Shown here: positions 55,998 through 64,000 of the stretch, in pieces
Layout of the letters: every line of letters begins with the position of its first letter
Position numbering within the stretch: position 1 is the first letter of the stretch
NCBI GenBank assembly: GCA_964645915.1
Contig: CAZYDH010000004.1
Coordinates: forward strand, 7,224-71,223
Source: an uncultured bacterium
Lineage (GTDB): Bacteria; Fidelibacterota; Marinisomatia; Marinisomatales; JACNKV01
Length of the DNA stretch: 64,000 nt
Reading direction: 5' to 3'
Position numbers and translations under genes: made by a program
The notes under the pieces: generated by a model
The model's database searches: none
What the model was told of the DNA's origin: nothing
What the model saw: only the letters and a program-made list of their open reading frames with translations

Positions 55998-57692
55998 ATG
56001 TCTAAAACATTCCGTTCTATCTTACTATCGTCGATCATTTTATTACCGCATTTACTTTTCTCTAAACCTGTATATGCTGAAAATGGTCTCGTCGTTTCTG
56101 CAAGTGAATTAGCTTCCAAAGTTGGAGTTGAGATCATGAAAAAAGGCGGTAATGCGATCGATGCTGCAGTCGCCACCGGATTTGCTCTAGCGGTTACTTT
56201 TCCACAAGCAGGAAATTTAGGTGGGGGAGGTTTCCTTGTTGCAAGGATGGAAAATGGAGAAACATTTACGCTAGATTTCCGAGAAGTTGCTCCTAAATCT
56301 GCCCACCGAGATATGTATCTGGATGAAAATGATGAAGTCATCAGAGGGATGTCTCTCTATTCTCATCAAGCCGCCGGTGTTCCGGGTACGGTTGACGGAT
56401 TGTTAAAGGTTTTTAATGACTACGGATCTGGGAACATCACATTAAGACAGATTTTATCTCCTGCAATCCAATTAGCAAAAAATGGATTTGAAATATCTCA
56501 CGATTTTGCAAATCACTTAAATATGTACAAAGGGTTATTTGTATATAATGAAGGTGCTTCTGACATTTTTATTAAAAAAGATAGTTCCGCATGGGAATAC
56601 AATGATCAATTAGTACAAGCCGATCTGGCAAAAACTTTGATTAAAATATCTCAACAAGGCAGAAACGGTTTTTATTCAGGTAAAACAGCTGATTTAATTG
56701 TAAAAGAAATGCAAAAAGGGAATGGTCTTATAACAAAAGAAGATCTCTCTGAATACCAATCTGTTTATAGACAACCCGTAAAAGGACGTTTTCGAAATGT
56801 CGATGTGCTATCGATGGGACCACCCAGCTCCGGCGGTTTGCTTTTGGTTAATATGTTGAATATGTTGGATACATTCCCACTGGATTCTATCGGTTGGAAT
56901 TCATCAAAATATATCCACCTTTTAACGGAAGTTGAACGTCGTGCGTATGCCGATCGAGCTGAGCATCTAGGAGATCCGGAATTTTGGGATAATCCATATT
57001 CAATGTTTTTATCAACTGATTATGCTCAAAATCGGGCATCGACCATATCAATGGATGCTGCCACACTCAGTGAAGCTGTATCTTCCGGAGACCCTACACC
57101 ATATGAAAGTCGTGAGACTACGCATTATTCCGTTGCAGATATTCATGGAAATTGTGTTAGCGTAACCATTACTCTAAACACAAGTTACGGATGCGGTGTC
57201 GTCGTAAAGGGAGCTGGATTTTTCCTCAATAATGAAATGGATGACTTTTCATCAAAACCCGGAACAGCCAATATTTTTGGATTGATCGGGAATGAAGCAA
57301 ATTCTATTCAATCAGGGAAACGCCCATTAAGCTCTATGACTCCAACAATTCTTTTAAAAGATGATAAGCCCTATTTAATCATCGGCTCACCCGGCGGATC
57401 TACAATTATTACCACCGTGATGCAGGTTATCCTAAATTCTGTAGTCTACGGAATGAATATCGAAGATGCTATCTCAGCTCCACGTGTCCATTCTCAATGG
57501 ATTCCTGATTTAATAACGGTTGAACCGTTCAGTTTGTCTTCCGATGTTAGAGTTTCTCTGGAAAATTTGGGTCATAAAATACAACCTTACCGTTGGGGAA
57601 AGATTGGTCATGCAAACGGAATTATGATTGGTGAAAATGGAATGTACGGTGGAGCTGATCCTCGCGGGAATAATTCAGCAATTGGTTTCTAA
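55998..57692 (+). CDS. ggt: Gamma-glutamyltransferase
   Basis: 564 aa with a signal peptide, the autoprocessing/catalytic Thr block ETTHYSV, and the GSPGGSTI block. Confidence 0.9.
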   Translation: MSKTFRSILLSSIILLPHLLFSKPVYAENGLVVSASELASKVGVEIMKKGGNAIDAAVATGFALAVTFPQAGNLGGGGFLVARMENGETFTLDFREVAPKSAHRDMYLDENDEVIRGMSLYSHQAAGVPGTVDGLLKVFNDYGSGNITLRQILSPAIQLAKNGFEISHDFANHLNMYKGLFVYNEGASDIFIKKDSSAWEYNDQLVQADLAKTLIKISQQGRNGFYSGKTADLIVKEMQKGNGLITKEDLSEYQSVYRQPVKGRFRNVDVLSMGPPSSGGLLLVNMLNMLDTFPLDSIGWNSSKYIHLLTEVERRAYADRAEHLGDPEFWDNPYSMFLSTDYAQNRASTISMDAATLSEAVSSGDPTPYESRETTHYSVADIHGNCVSVTITLNTSYGCGVVVKGAGFFLNNEMDDFSSKPGTANIFGLIGNEANSIQSGKRPLSSMTPTILLKDDKPYLIIGSPGGSTIITTVMQVILNSVVYGMNIEDAISAPRVHSQWIPDLITVEPFSLSSDVRVSLENLGHKIQPYRWGKIGHANGIMIGENGMYGGADPRGNNSAIGF

Positions 57693-59149
57693 TAATTAAA
57701 ATCGCTATCCCCAATAAATTCTCTTAAAATAGAAATTCCGGGGACAATATTTTCATCAATTGACTCGAAAAAAGTCAATAGTAGGTTCAGTTGATCTATT
57801 CTTTGTTGCTCAACTCCGGTAGATTTTAAATCGCGGAGTAATGGCTTAGCATATTTTCCAAGAACCGGAATTTCATAAATCAATGAAGAGTTGAACATAA
57901 TATCTGCTTCCTCTTGAAACGGAAAAATATGCTTTTCTTCTCCTTGCCGAACAGATGCCCATCTTTTGATTGTTTTTTCAACCGGATATCCTCTAAACTT
58001 ATGGTCTCTAACGATCCGTCTTAGCAGTCGATTATCTGATGTGGAAATTCGATGATTTGCGTCCATGTTCATCTGCGTAATTGCACTAATGTAAATCTTT
58101 TGGAGATGATCCTTTCCAAGGCTGGATGTCAATTTTGGATTCAATCCGTGAATACCCTCAAATAGGATAAAATCCCAGGGTCCAAGCCGAACAGTCTTAT
58201 CCGTATCTTTTCCCACTCCTGTTACAAAATCGAATTTTCTTACCGGTATTTCTTCACCATTTAACAATTTTTGAATTCGCTCACTTAATAGTGGAATGTC
58301 TACTACATCAATATTTTCAAAATCTTGTTCACCTTTTTCATTTCGTGGAATAAATTTTCGATCGACGAAGTAATCATCCATTGAAATTTGTATAGTATTG
58401 AATCCATTTACTCTCAGTTGAATTCCAAGACGCTTGGCAAAGGTTGTTTTTCCTGATGAAGAAGGACCTGCGATTGTAATAATCTTTTTCATCGGAAAAT
58501 TATCAGCTAATTGATCTGCAATAATGCTGATCTTCTTTTCGTGTAAACCTTCAGCAACTAATATCATTTCCATAATATCACCAGCCCGAATAAATTCATT
58601 TATCTCACGAATTGTAGACACCCCTAAAATCGAGCCCCACTGCTCATGTTCTTCTATAATTGAGAAGAGCTTAGGCTGATCTTTAAAAGGAGTTTTTCCT
58701 TTCTCACTATTAAAAACTCTAAATAAAAACCCATCATTATATTTAATGAGTGAAAAAACATTCAGCAGAGATTTATTCGTTTCAGCTGAACCAATTTGAA
58801 GATCCCAGTGTTGACCAAATCGAATTACAGGAACGGGATCAACACCCCATTGATTCAATAATTCGATTTTACTCTTTGAGTCCATCAGTATCAACTTTTC
58901 CATGATGGATCCTTTGGAGGGTTTTTCTAGCTCGACAAGAGTGGGATCTGAGACCCAATCATTTAATAGTTTTTCAAGTTGACTGATCTCTTCTTCAGTT
59001 ATTTCTTCCCAACTAGCTTCATGACAAAATAGTCCATCTGAAAACGAGTGTTCAATTACAATCTGGCGTGGAGCAAACAATTCATTGAATGCCTTTGCTA
59101 AAAGGAAGACAAGAGTATTTAAAACAGGTTCAGATATCAACGCGTTCAT
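57689..59149 (-). CDS. Uridine kinase/phosphoribulokinase-family P-loop kinase with a long N-terminal domain
   Basis: 486 aa with Walker [15 protein letters not shown] in the C-terminal half and PRK-family blocks ([11 protein letters not shown]). The N-terminal ~210 aa are of unassigned function. Confidence 0.6.
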   Translation of the reverse strand: MNALISEPVLNTLVFLLAKAFNELFAPRQIVIEHSFSDGLFCHEASWEEITEEEISQLEKLLNDWVSDPTLVELEKPSKGSIMEKLILMDSKSKIELLNQWGVDPVPVIRFGQHWDLQIGSAETNKSLLNVFSLIKYNDGFLFRVFNSEKGKTPFKDQPKLFSIIEEHEQWGSILGVSTIREINEFIRAGDIMEMILVAEGLHEKKISIIADQLADNFPMKKIITIAGPSSSGKTTFAKRLGIQLRVNGFNTIQISMDDYFVDRKFIPRNEKGEQDFENIDVVDIPLLSERIQKLLNGEEIPVRKFDFVTGVGKDTDKTVRLGPWDFILFEGIHGLNPKLTSSLGKDHLQKIYISAITQMNMDANHRISTSDNRLLRRIVRDHKFRGYPVEKTIKRWASVRQGEEKHIFPFQEEADIMFNSSLIYEIPVLGKYAKPLLRDLKSTGVEQQRIDQLNLLLTFFESIDENIVPGISILREFIGDSDFNY

Positions 59150-59565
59150 TCTCCAATTATTTTCACCAATACCCTTTTGTTTCGTCGACCGTCAAATTCA
59201 CCATAAAATATTTGTTCCCAAGTCCCTAAATGTAATTTGCCATTTGTGATTGCGACCGTGACTTCTCGCCCCATAATTTGTCTTTTATGATGTGCGTCGC
59301 CATTATCTTCTCCGGTTAGATTATGGTCATATTGATGAATAGGTTCATGCGGAGCTAATTTTTCTAACCAACGTTTATAATCTTTATGTAGACCGGATTC
59401 ATCATCATTGATAAAAACTGATGCTGTAATATGCATCGCATTAACTAAACAAAATCCTTCTTGAATATTACTGTCTGCCACGATGGATTCTACATCATGC
59501 GTGATGTTCACGAAATCCATCCGTTTGGGAATATTAAACCATAATTCTTTTGTAAATGACTTCAT
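59146..59565 (-). CDS. yjbQ: YjbQ/UPF0047 family protein (secondary thiamine-phosphate synthase)
   Basis: 139 aa with [25 protein letters not shown] and GTWQxI-like ([13 protein letters not shown]) blocks. Confidence 0.85.
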   Translation of the reverse strand: MKSFTKELWFNIPKRMDFVNITHDVESIVADSNIQEGFCLVNAMHITASVFINDDESGLHKDYKRWLEKLAPHEPIHQYDHNLTGEDNGDAHHKRQIMGREVTVAITNGKLHLGTWEQIFYGEFDGRRNKRVLVKIIGE

Positions 59566-59575
59566 CTATCCACCA

Positions 59576-59728
59576 CTAATTAACCAGCACATAATAAATC
59601 ACGTAAACCCAAGACAACAGTCCGTGGATAATCGCCCAAAATACTGATTTATTGGTTGCAAATGAGATTACCATCGCCAACGCTGAACCAAATGTGACTC
59701 CCTTTTTTATTACTTCGTTTCGATCCAT
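59576..59728 (-). CDS. Unannotated small membrane protein (50 aa)
   Basis: Hand translation: MDRNEVIKKGVTFGSALAMVISFATNKSVFWAIIHGLLSWVYVIYYVLVN. A perfect AAGGAGG lies 6 nt upstream of the ATG. Two hydrophobic segments. It is below the ORF-track length cutoff. Confidence 0.45.
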   Translation of the reverse strand: MDRNEVIKKGVTFGSALAMVISFATNKSVFWAIIHGLLSWVYVIYYVLVN

Positions 59729-59737
59729 ATTTCCTCC

Positions 59738-60913
59738 TTATCGCTTTTTATATATTAATCGGTCTTCAATTAATTGTATTAAGATAGATGCCCCGGTCAA
59801 TAATGCTTTTTCATTGAAATTGTAGTAAGAACTATGATGCGGAATTTCACCCGGTTCCACTCCTTCAGGAGATGCGCCAACAAATAAAAAACTGCCGGGA
59901 ATTTTCTGTAGATAAAAACTAAAATCTTCTCCTCCCATAGATTTATGCTCAACCGTTGTATCGATTCCCGTTATTTTTTCCGCAGATTGTCTTAAAATTT
60001 GGAATGCTTTTTGATGATTGATCGTGGGTGGATAACCATCAATATAATCCAATTCTATTTTAGCCCCGGTTGATGTTTCCAGTCCTTTGATTATTTCTTT
60101 CATTCTTGTTTTTATCATCGTACGGTTTTCTTCGGTATATGCTCGGGCGGTTCCTTCCATGTGTGCTTCAGCGGAGATGATGTTAAAGTTGCTTCCGGCA
60201 TGGAATTTTCCCACGGTCACTACCGTACTATCCAGGGGATTAGTATTTCGACTAACGATGGTTTGCAAAGCTGTTACGAGTTGTGTCCCCACTACTACCG
60301 CATCTATTGTACCTTGAGGAGCTGCTCCATGTCCGCCAACACCTTTTATTTCAATTCTAAATTCATCCGCTGCTGCTAATATAGGTCCGGCTTGACCTCC
60401 TAATTTTCCTAAAGGTAAATAATTCCACAAATGGATACCATAAATTTCGTCAACACCTTCTAAACAACCATCGTTGATCATATATTTTGCACCACCTTCT
60501 CTCTCTTCAGATGGTTGAAATATGAATTTTATCGTTCCATCAATTTTATCTGACATTTGGGTCAAAACTTGTGCCGCACCCAACAACATTGCTACATGTC
60601 CATCATGACCACAGGCATGCATCACTCCATCATGAACTGATTTATAATCATTAGTCCCAGTTTCTTGTATTGGTAAAGCATCCATATCTGCACGTAATGC
60701 GATTACCGGTGTTTTTGCTTTCCCTTTTAACGTACCGATTACACCTGTTTTACCAACGCCAGTTTGGACATCCAGTCCATAAGATTTTAGTTTATCGGCG
60801 ATCAATTGACTGGTTCGGACTTCGTTAAAACCTAATTCCGGATGTTTATGAATATCTCTACGAGTTTCAATAATCTCTTTTTCAATTTGACGAATGTCAG
60901 AATGTATATTCAT
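59738..60913 (-). CDS. M20 family amidohydrolase (N-acyl-L-amino acid amidohydrolase/hippuricase-like)
   Basis: 391 aa with IHKHPELGFNE, RADMDALP, HACGHDGH and FQPSEE blocks. Confidence 0.85.
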   Translation of the reverse strand: MNIHSDIRQIEKEIIETRRDIHKHPELGFNEVRTSQLIADKLKSYGLDVQTGVGKTGVIGTLKGKAKTPVIALRADMDALPIQETGTNDYKSVHDGVMHACGHDGHVAMLLGAAQVLTQMSDKIDGTIKFIFQPSEEREGGAKYMINDGCLEGVDEIYGIHLWNYLPLGKLGGQAGPILAAADEFRIEIKGVGGHGAAPQGTIDAVVVGTQLVTALQTIVSRNTNPLDSTVVTVGKFHAGSNFNIISAEAHMEGTARAYTEENRTMIKTRMKEIIKGLETSTGAKIELDYIDGYPPTINHQKAFQILRQSAEKITGIDTTVEHKSMGGEDFSFYLQKIPGSFLFVGASPEGVEPGEIPHHSSYYNFNEKALLTGASILIQLIEDRLIYKKR

Positions 60914-61719
60914 TATATTGATCCCAATTGATTAATTGTTTCCTTAATTAAAGCAGAAAAATCGTTTTTTGCTAAATCTGCTGTTTCCATGACTTCCTGA
61001 TGAGTCAGTGGCTGGTCGGTTATTCCTGCAGCATAATTTGTCAGACAGGATATCCCAATCGCTTTGATCCCAAGATCACCTGCTGTTTCGATCTCCGGGG
61101 CCGTACTCATTCCGACGGCCGTTCCATTCAGCGATAGAAAATATTGAATCTCACCCGGTGTTTCATAAACGGGTCCTTGTGTCCAGCAATATCCTCCTTC
61201 TGCAATTGGTACATGGGTAAGTTCCGAAGCTTTTCGAACCATATTGAGGATATTCTCAAAGTAATATGGAGCTTGATCTACCCAACTCGGATCTTTTGAA
61301 GAATTTCTAAATGTGCAATCTAAATGTCGTGTTATTAGCATCAATTTTCCCGGCGGAAATTCTTTCTTCATCGATCCAGCAGCATTTGTGATAATTATGT
61401 ATTTTATTCCTAATGCTTTGAATAATCGAATTGGGAGAGTAACCGTGTCAATAGAATGCCCTTCATAAAAATGAAATCGTCCTCTGGCAGCAACTAAGGA
61501 AATGTTATCTAATTTACCAAATACAAATTCTCCTGCATGCCCTTCAACTGTTGGTTGAGGATATCCTTTGATTGATGCATATGGAATCACGGTTGGATCG
61601 GTAAAATTCTCAGTAAAATCACCTAAACCGGACCCTAAAACAATGGCAATTTTTCCCTGAAACTTTGTCCTATTAAGTATATCCTTTGCCATATTTTGTA
61701 GTTCAATACTCATATTCAA
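60913..61719 (-). CDS. punA: Purine nucleoside phosphorylase (PunA/PNP family 2)
   Basis: 268 aa with LGSGLG, EGHAGEFVFG, GRFHFYEG, TNAAG and GMSTAPE blocks. Confidence 0.85.
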   Translation of the reverse strand: MNMSIELQNMAKDILNRTKFQGKIAIVLGSGLGDFTENFTDPTVIPYASIKGYPQPTVEGHAGEFVFGKLDNISLVAARGRFHFYEGHSIDTVTLPIRLFKALGIKYIIITNAAGSMKKEFPPGKLMLITRHLDCTFRNSSKDPSWVDQAPYYFENILNMVRKASELTHVPIAEGGYCWTQGPVYETPGEIQYFLSLNGTAVGMSTAPEIETAGDLGIKAIGISCLTNYAAGITDQPLTHQEVMETADLAKNDFSALIKETINQLGSI

Positions 61720-62768
61720 TTTCCTTTTTTAGTTTTAACGACCAATTGCCCACAACCTGCATCAATAGTCGTCCCCTTGCTATGCCGAATGGTCACTGTA
61801 AATCTCGCATCTTGTAATTCAGAATAAAACAGCTGTAATTGTTTATCACTTGGTCTCTCGTAAGCACCACCAATCTCATTATACGGTATTAGATTCACTT
61901 TACACGGAAGTCCTGCGATCAACTGTTTTAATTGTTTCGCATCATTAATTGAATCATTTACATTTTTTAACAGAACATATTCAAAGGTGATCATTCGTTT
62001 AGATGATTCATAATAATTCTGTGCAGATTCCATCAGTGATTTTAATGAATATGTTTCAGTAATTGGCATTGTTTTCTCACGACTTTTCTGTGAAGTCCCA
62101 TTCAGACTAATTGCAAGTTTAAATCGATGTTTTTCTTCGGTAAAACGAATGATCTTTGGTACGATCCCCGCAGTAGATATTGTAATTCGTCTTGCACCTA
62201 AATTGATTCCATTTTTTGCATTTAGTAAGTTTGCAGCTTTGATTGAATTTTGATAGTTAAGAAATGGTTCACCCATACCCATAAACACAACATTTGTAAT
62301 CGTTGATTTACTTAAATCCTGTAAATATAAAAATTGTTCCACAATCTCACCGGCCATTAAGTTTCTTTGATATGTCATCGTTCCTGTAGCGCAAAATCGG
62401 CATCCGACAGCACATCCGATCTGCGTGGACAAACAAACCGTTGTTCTCTTTTTATCCTTCATCAACACTGCTTCAACAGCATTACCGTCTTTCAGTGTAA
62501 ACAGATATTTTTGAGTGCCGGACGTTAAATTACCCGTGATCTTACTCGGCAAGATACTTCGGATATTCGATTTTTCTTCCAATTTTTTTATCAGTGATTT
62601 CGGGATGTTTTTCATTTCGTCAAAACGGGTGATATTGTGTTTATAAACCCATTGAAAGATTTGTTTTGCCCGATATTTCGGTTCATCCATATGTTCGAGT
62701 GTCACTTCCATCTCCTGAAGTGTCATACCTACCCAATGAACTTTTTTCTTTTTTTCTGCGTAGAACAT
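61716..62768 (-). CDS. rlmN: 23S rRNA (adenine2503-C2)-methyltransferase, radical SAM
   Basis: 350 aa with YRAKQIFQWVY, CAVGCRFCATG and GMGEP, plus a C-terminal DAGCGQL block. Confidence 0.9.
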   Translation of the reverse strand: MFYAEKKKKVHWVGMTLQEMEVTLEHMDEPKYRAKQIFQWVYKHNITRFDEMKNIPKSLIKKLEEKSNIRSILPSKITGNLTSGTQKYLFTLKDGNAVEAVLMKDKKRTTVCLSTQIGCAVGCRFCATGTMTYQRNLMAGEIVEQFLYLQDLSKSTITNVVFMGMGEPFLNYQNSIKAANLLNAKNGINLGARRITISTAGIVPKIIRFTEEKHRFKLAISLNGTSQKSREKTMPITETYSLKSLMESAQNYYESSKRMITFEYVLLKNVNDSINDAKQLKQLIAGLPCKVNLIPYNEIGGAYERPSDKQLQLFYSELQDARFTVTIRHSKGTTIDAGCGQLVVKTKKGN

Positions 62769-62885
62769 CTGTAGAATTTCTTACAACAATCTGAGATGAA
62801 CAAGACAAACAAATTGATTTAGGAGAAAGGTGCGTGTAAGTTTCACCCCTTATTATTTGAATCGTAACATTAAATTAGGACAACC

Positions 62886-63869
62886 ATGAGTGAACATAAC
62901 GATTTACATTTATTAGAAAAGCTGACCGATGCTCGACAGATATTTCTTTCAGAGATTGGAAAAACGATTGTCGGTCAAACAAACGTTTTAGATCACATTT
63001 TAATTGCGATGTTTTGCAAGGGACATACGTTGCTGGTCGGAGTCCCCGGGTTAGCGAAAACCTTGATGATCAAATCCATGGCAGATCTTTTAGATTTATC
63101 ATTTAGCAGAATTCAGTTTACACCGGATCTTATGCCCAGTGATATCACCGGAACCGAGATCATCCAAGACGATCAAACCACAGGTCAGCGGAAATTCCAT
63201 TTTTATAAAGGTCCGGTTTTTGGTAATATTATTCTCGCAGATGAAATAAATCGAACACCTCCAAAAACACAAGCTGCTCTTCTTGAAGCAATGCAAGAAC
63301 ACAAAGTTACCACCGGTGGAAAAACGTATGAATTGGATGAACCCTTCTTTGTTTTAGCTACCCAAAATCCAATTGAGCAAGAAGGAACTTACCCACTTCC
63401 GGAAGCACAATTAGATCGATTTATGTTTAATATTAAAATCGATTACCCGTCTCGAAAAGAAGAAGTGCAGATCGTGCAATCTACTACCGGACAATCCGTA
63501 TCATCTTTAGATAAAGTTATTAAACGCGAAGATATTCTATTGTATCAGGATTTAATTCGACGGGTACCCATTGCAGAAAATGTCGTTGAATTTGCGGTTG
63601 ATCTTGTAGCATCAACCCGACCGGAATCTAGTCAATCTCCTTCATTCATTAAAGAATGGATTGATTGGGGTGCAGGTCCACGTGCATCACAATATTTAAT
63701 TCTGGGCGCAAAAACAAAAGCTGCTTTAGAGGGTAGACCTACACCTTCTGTTCAAGATGTAAAAGATTTGGCTTTACCGGTTCTAAGACACAGAGTTCTC
63801 ACCAATTTCAACGCAGAAGCTGAAGGACTTAGTACAGACGATATTCTATTAAAATTGTTGGAAAGATAA
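62886..63869 (+). CDS. MoxR-family AAA+ ATPase
   Basis: 327 aa with Walker A GVPGLAKT, Walker B ILADEINR, and the ATQNPIEQEGTYPLPEAQLDRF block. Confidence 0.9.
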   Translation: MSEHNDLHLLEKLTDARQIFLSEIGKTIVGQTNVLDHILIAMFCKGHTLLVGVPGLAKTLMIKSMADLLDLSFSRIQFTPDLMPSDITGTEIIQDDQTTGQRKFHFYKGPVFGNIILADEINRTPPKTQAALLEAMQEHKVTTGGKTYELDEPFFVLATQNPIEQEGTYPLPEAQLDRFMFNIKIDYPSRKEEVQIVQSTTGQSVSSLDKVIKREDILLYQDLIRRVPIAENVVEFAVDLVASTRPESSQSPSFIKEWIDWGAGPRASQYLILGAKTKAALEGRPTPSVQDVKDLALPVLRHRVLTNFNAEAEGLSTDDILLKLLER

Positions 63870-63878
63870 ACTCTTCTG

Positions 63879-64000
63879 ATGATCGATAAACGAAAATATC
63901 TCCAACCCGAAATGGCCGCAAAATTGAGGAATATGTCCTTGCGAGCCCGAATGGTTGTGGAGGGTTTTATCATCGGGAATCATAAAAGCCCCTACCATGG
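63879..64000 (+). CDS. DUF58 domain protein, N-terminal part only; the gene runs off the right edge
   Basis: Hand translation: MIDKRKYLQPEMAAKLRNMSLRARMVVEGFIIGNHKSPYHG. The EGxxxGxHxSPxxG block is the DUF58 N-terminal signature. This is the canonical MoxR partner. Confidence 0.6.
   Translation, partial: MIDKRKYLQPEMAAKLRNMSLRARMVVEGFIIGNHKSPYH

Noticed and set aside
1-64000. CRISPR arrays, rRNA genes, IS elements, prophage, toxin-antitoxin or known defence systems
   Set aside because: I scanned the intergenic regions (all 290 nt or shorter) and all ORF translations. There are no repeat-spacer periodicity, no transposase/integrase/recombinase motifs and no defence-type domain combinations. 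The PIN domain present is the N-terminus of a PhoH/YlaK ATPase, not a VapC toxin.

Overview
This is a gene-dense, AT-rich bacterial chromosomal segment with about 70 genes, two tRNAs, and no rRNA, CRISPR array, transposase or integrase. Two secreted proteins end in T9SS-type C-terminal sorting domains (YPNPFN motif). This points to an FCB-group organism (Bacteroidota, Marinimicrobia or Ignavibacteria-like); that placement is an inference and the exact taxon is unknown. Most of the window is housekeeping:
- folE-yhhQ-queD, nth and maeB
- hemW and xthA
- rarA and lptD
- hisS, topA, glyQS and ggt
- punA and rlmN
- the start of a moxR-DUF58 operon

Two regions stand out.

(1) 11649-20527 is a co-directional minus-strand phosphonate island. 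It encodes a cytidylyltransferase-PEP mutase fusion, phosphonopyruvate decarboxylase and an Fe-alcohol dehydrogenase (phosphonoacetaldehyde reductase-like), with no aminotransferase in the window. These are followed by two TagF-like phosphotransferases, a tandem LicD-like transferase and an MsbA-like ABC exporter. I read it as a candidate locus for a hydroxyethylphosphonate-decorated, or even phosphonate-linked, surface polymer.

(2) 25427-34961 is a complete 12-gene aromatic amino acid super-operon. A 160-nt structured leader interrupts it just upstream of an ACT-less pheA. The leader holds a 19-codon mini-ORF rich in Tyr/Phe (MKTRCYYFKYIVYGLGNCH), a strong intrinsic terminator and a competing antiterminator pairing, so it is a candidate ribosome-mediated attenuator.

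All functional calls come from reading motifs in the supplied translations. No database search was run.
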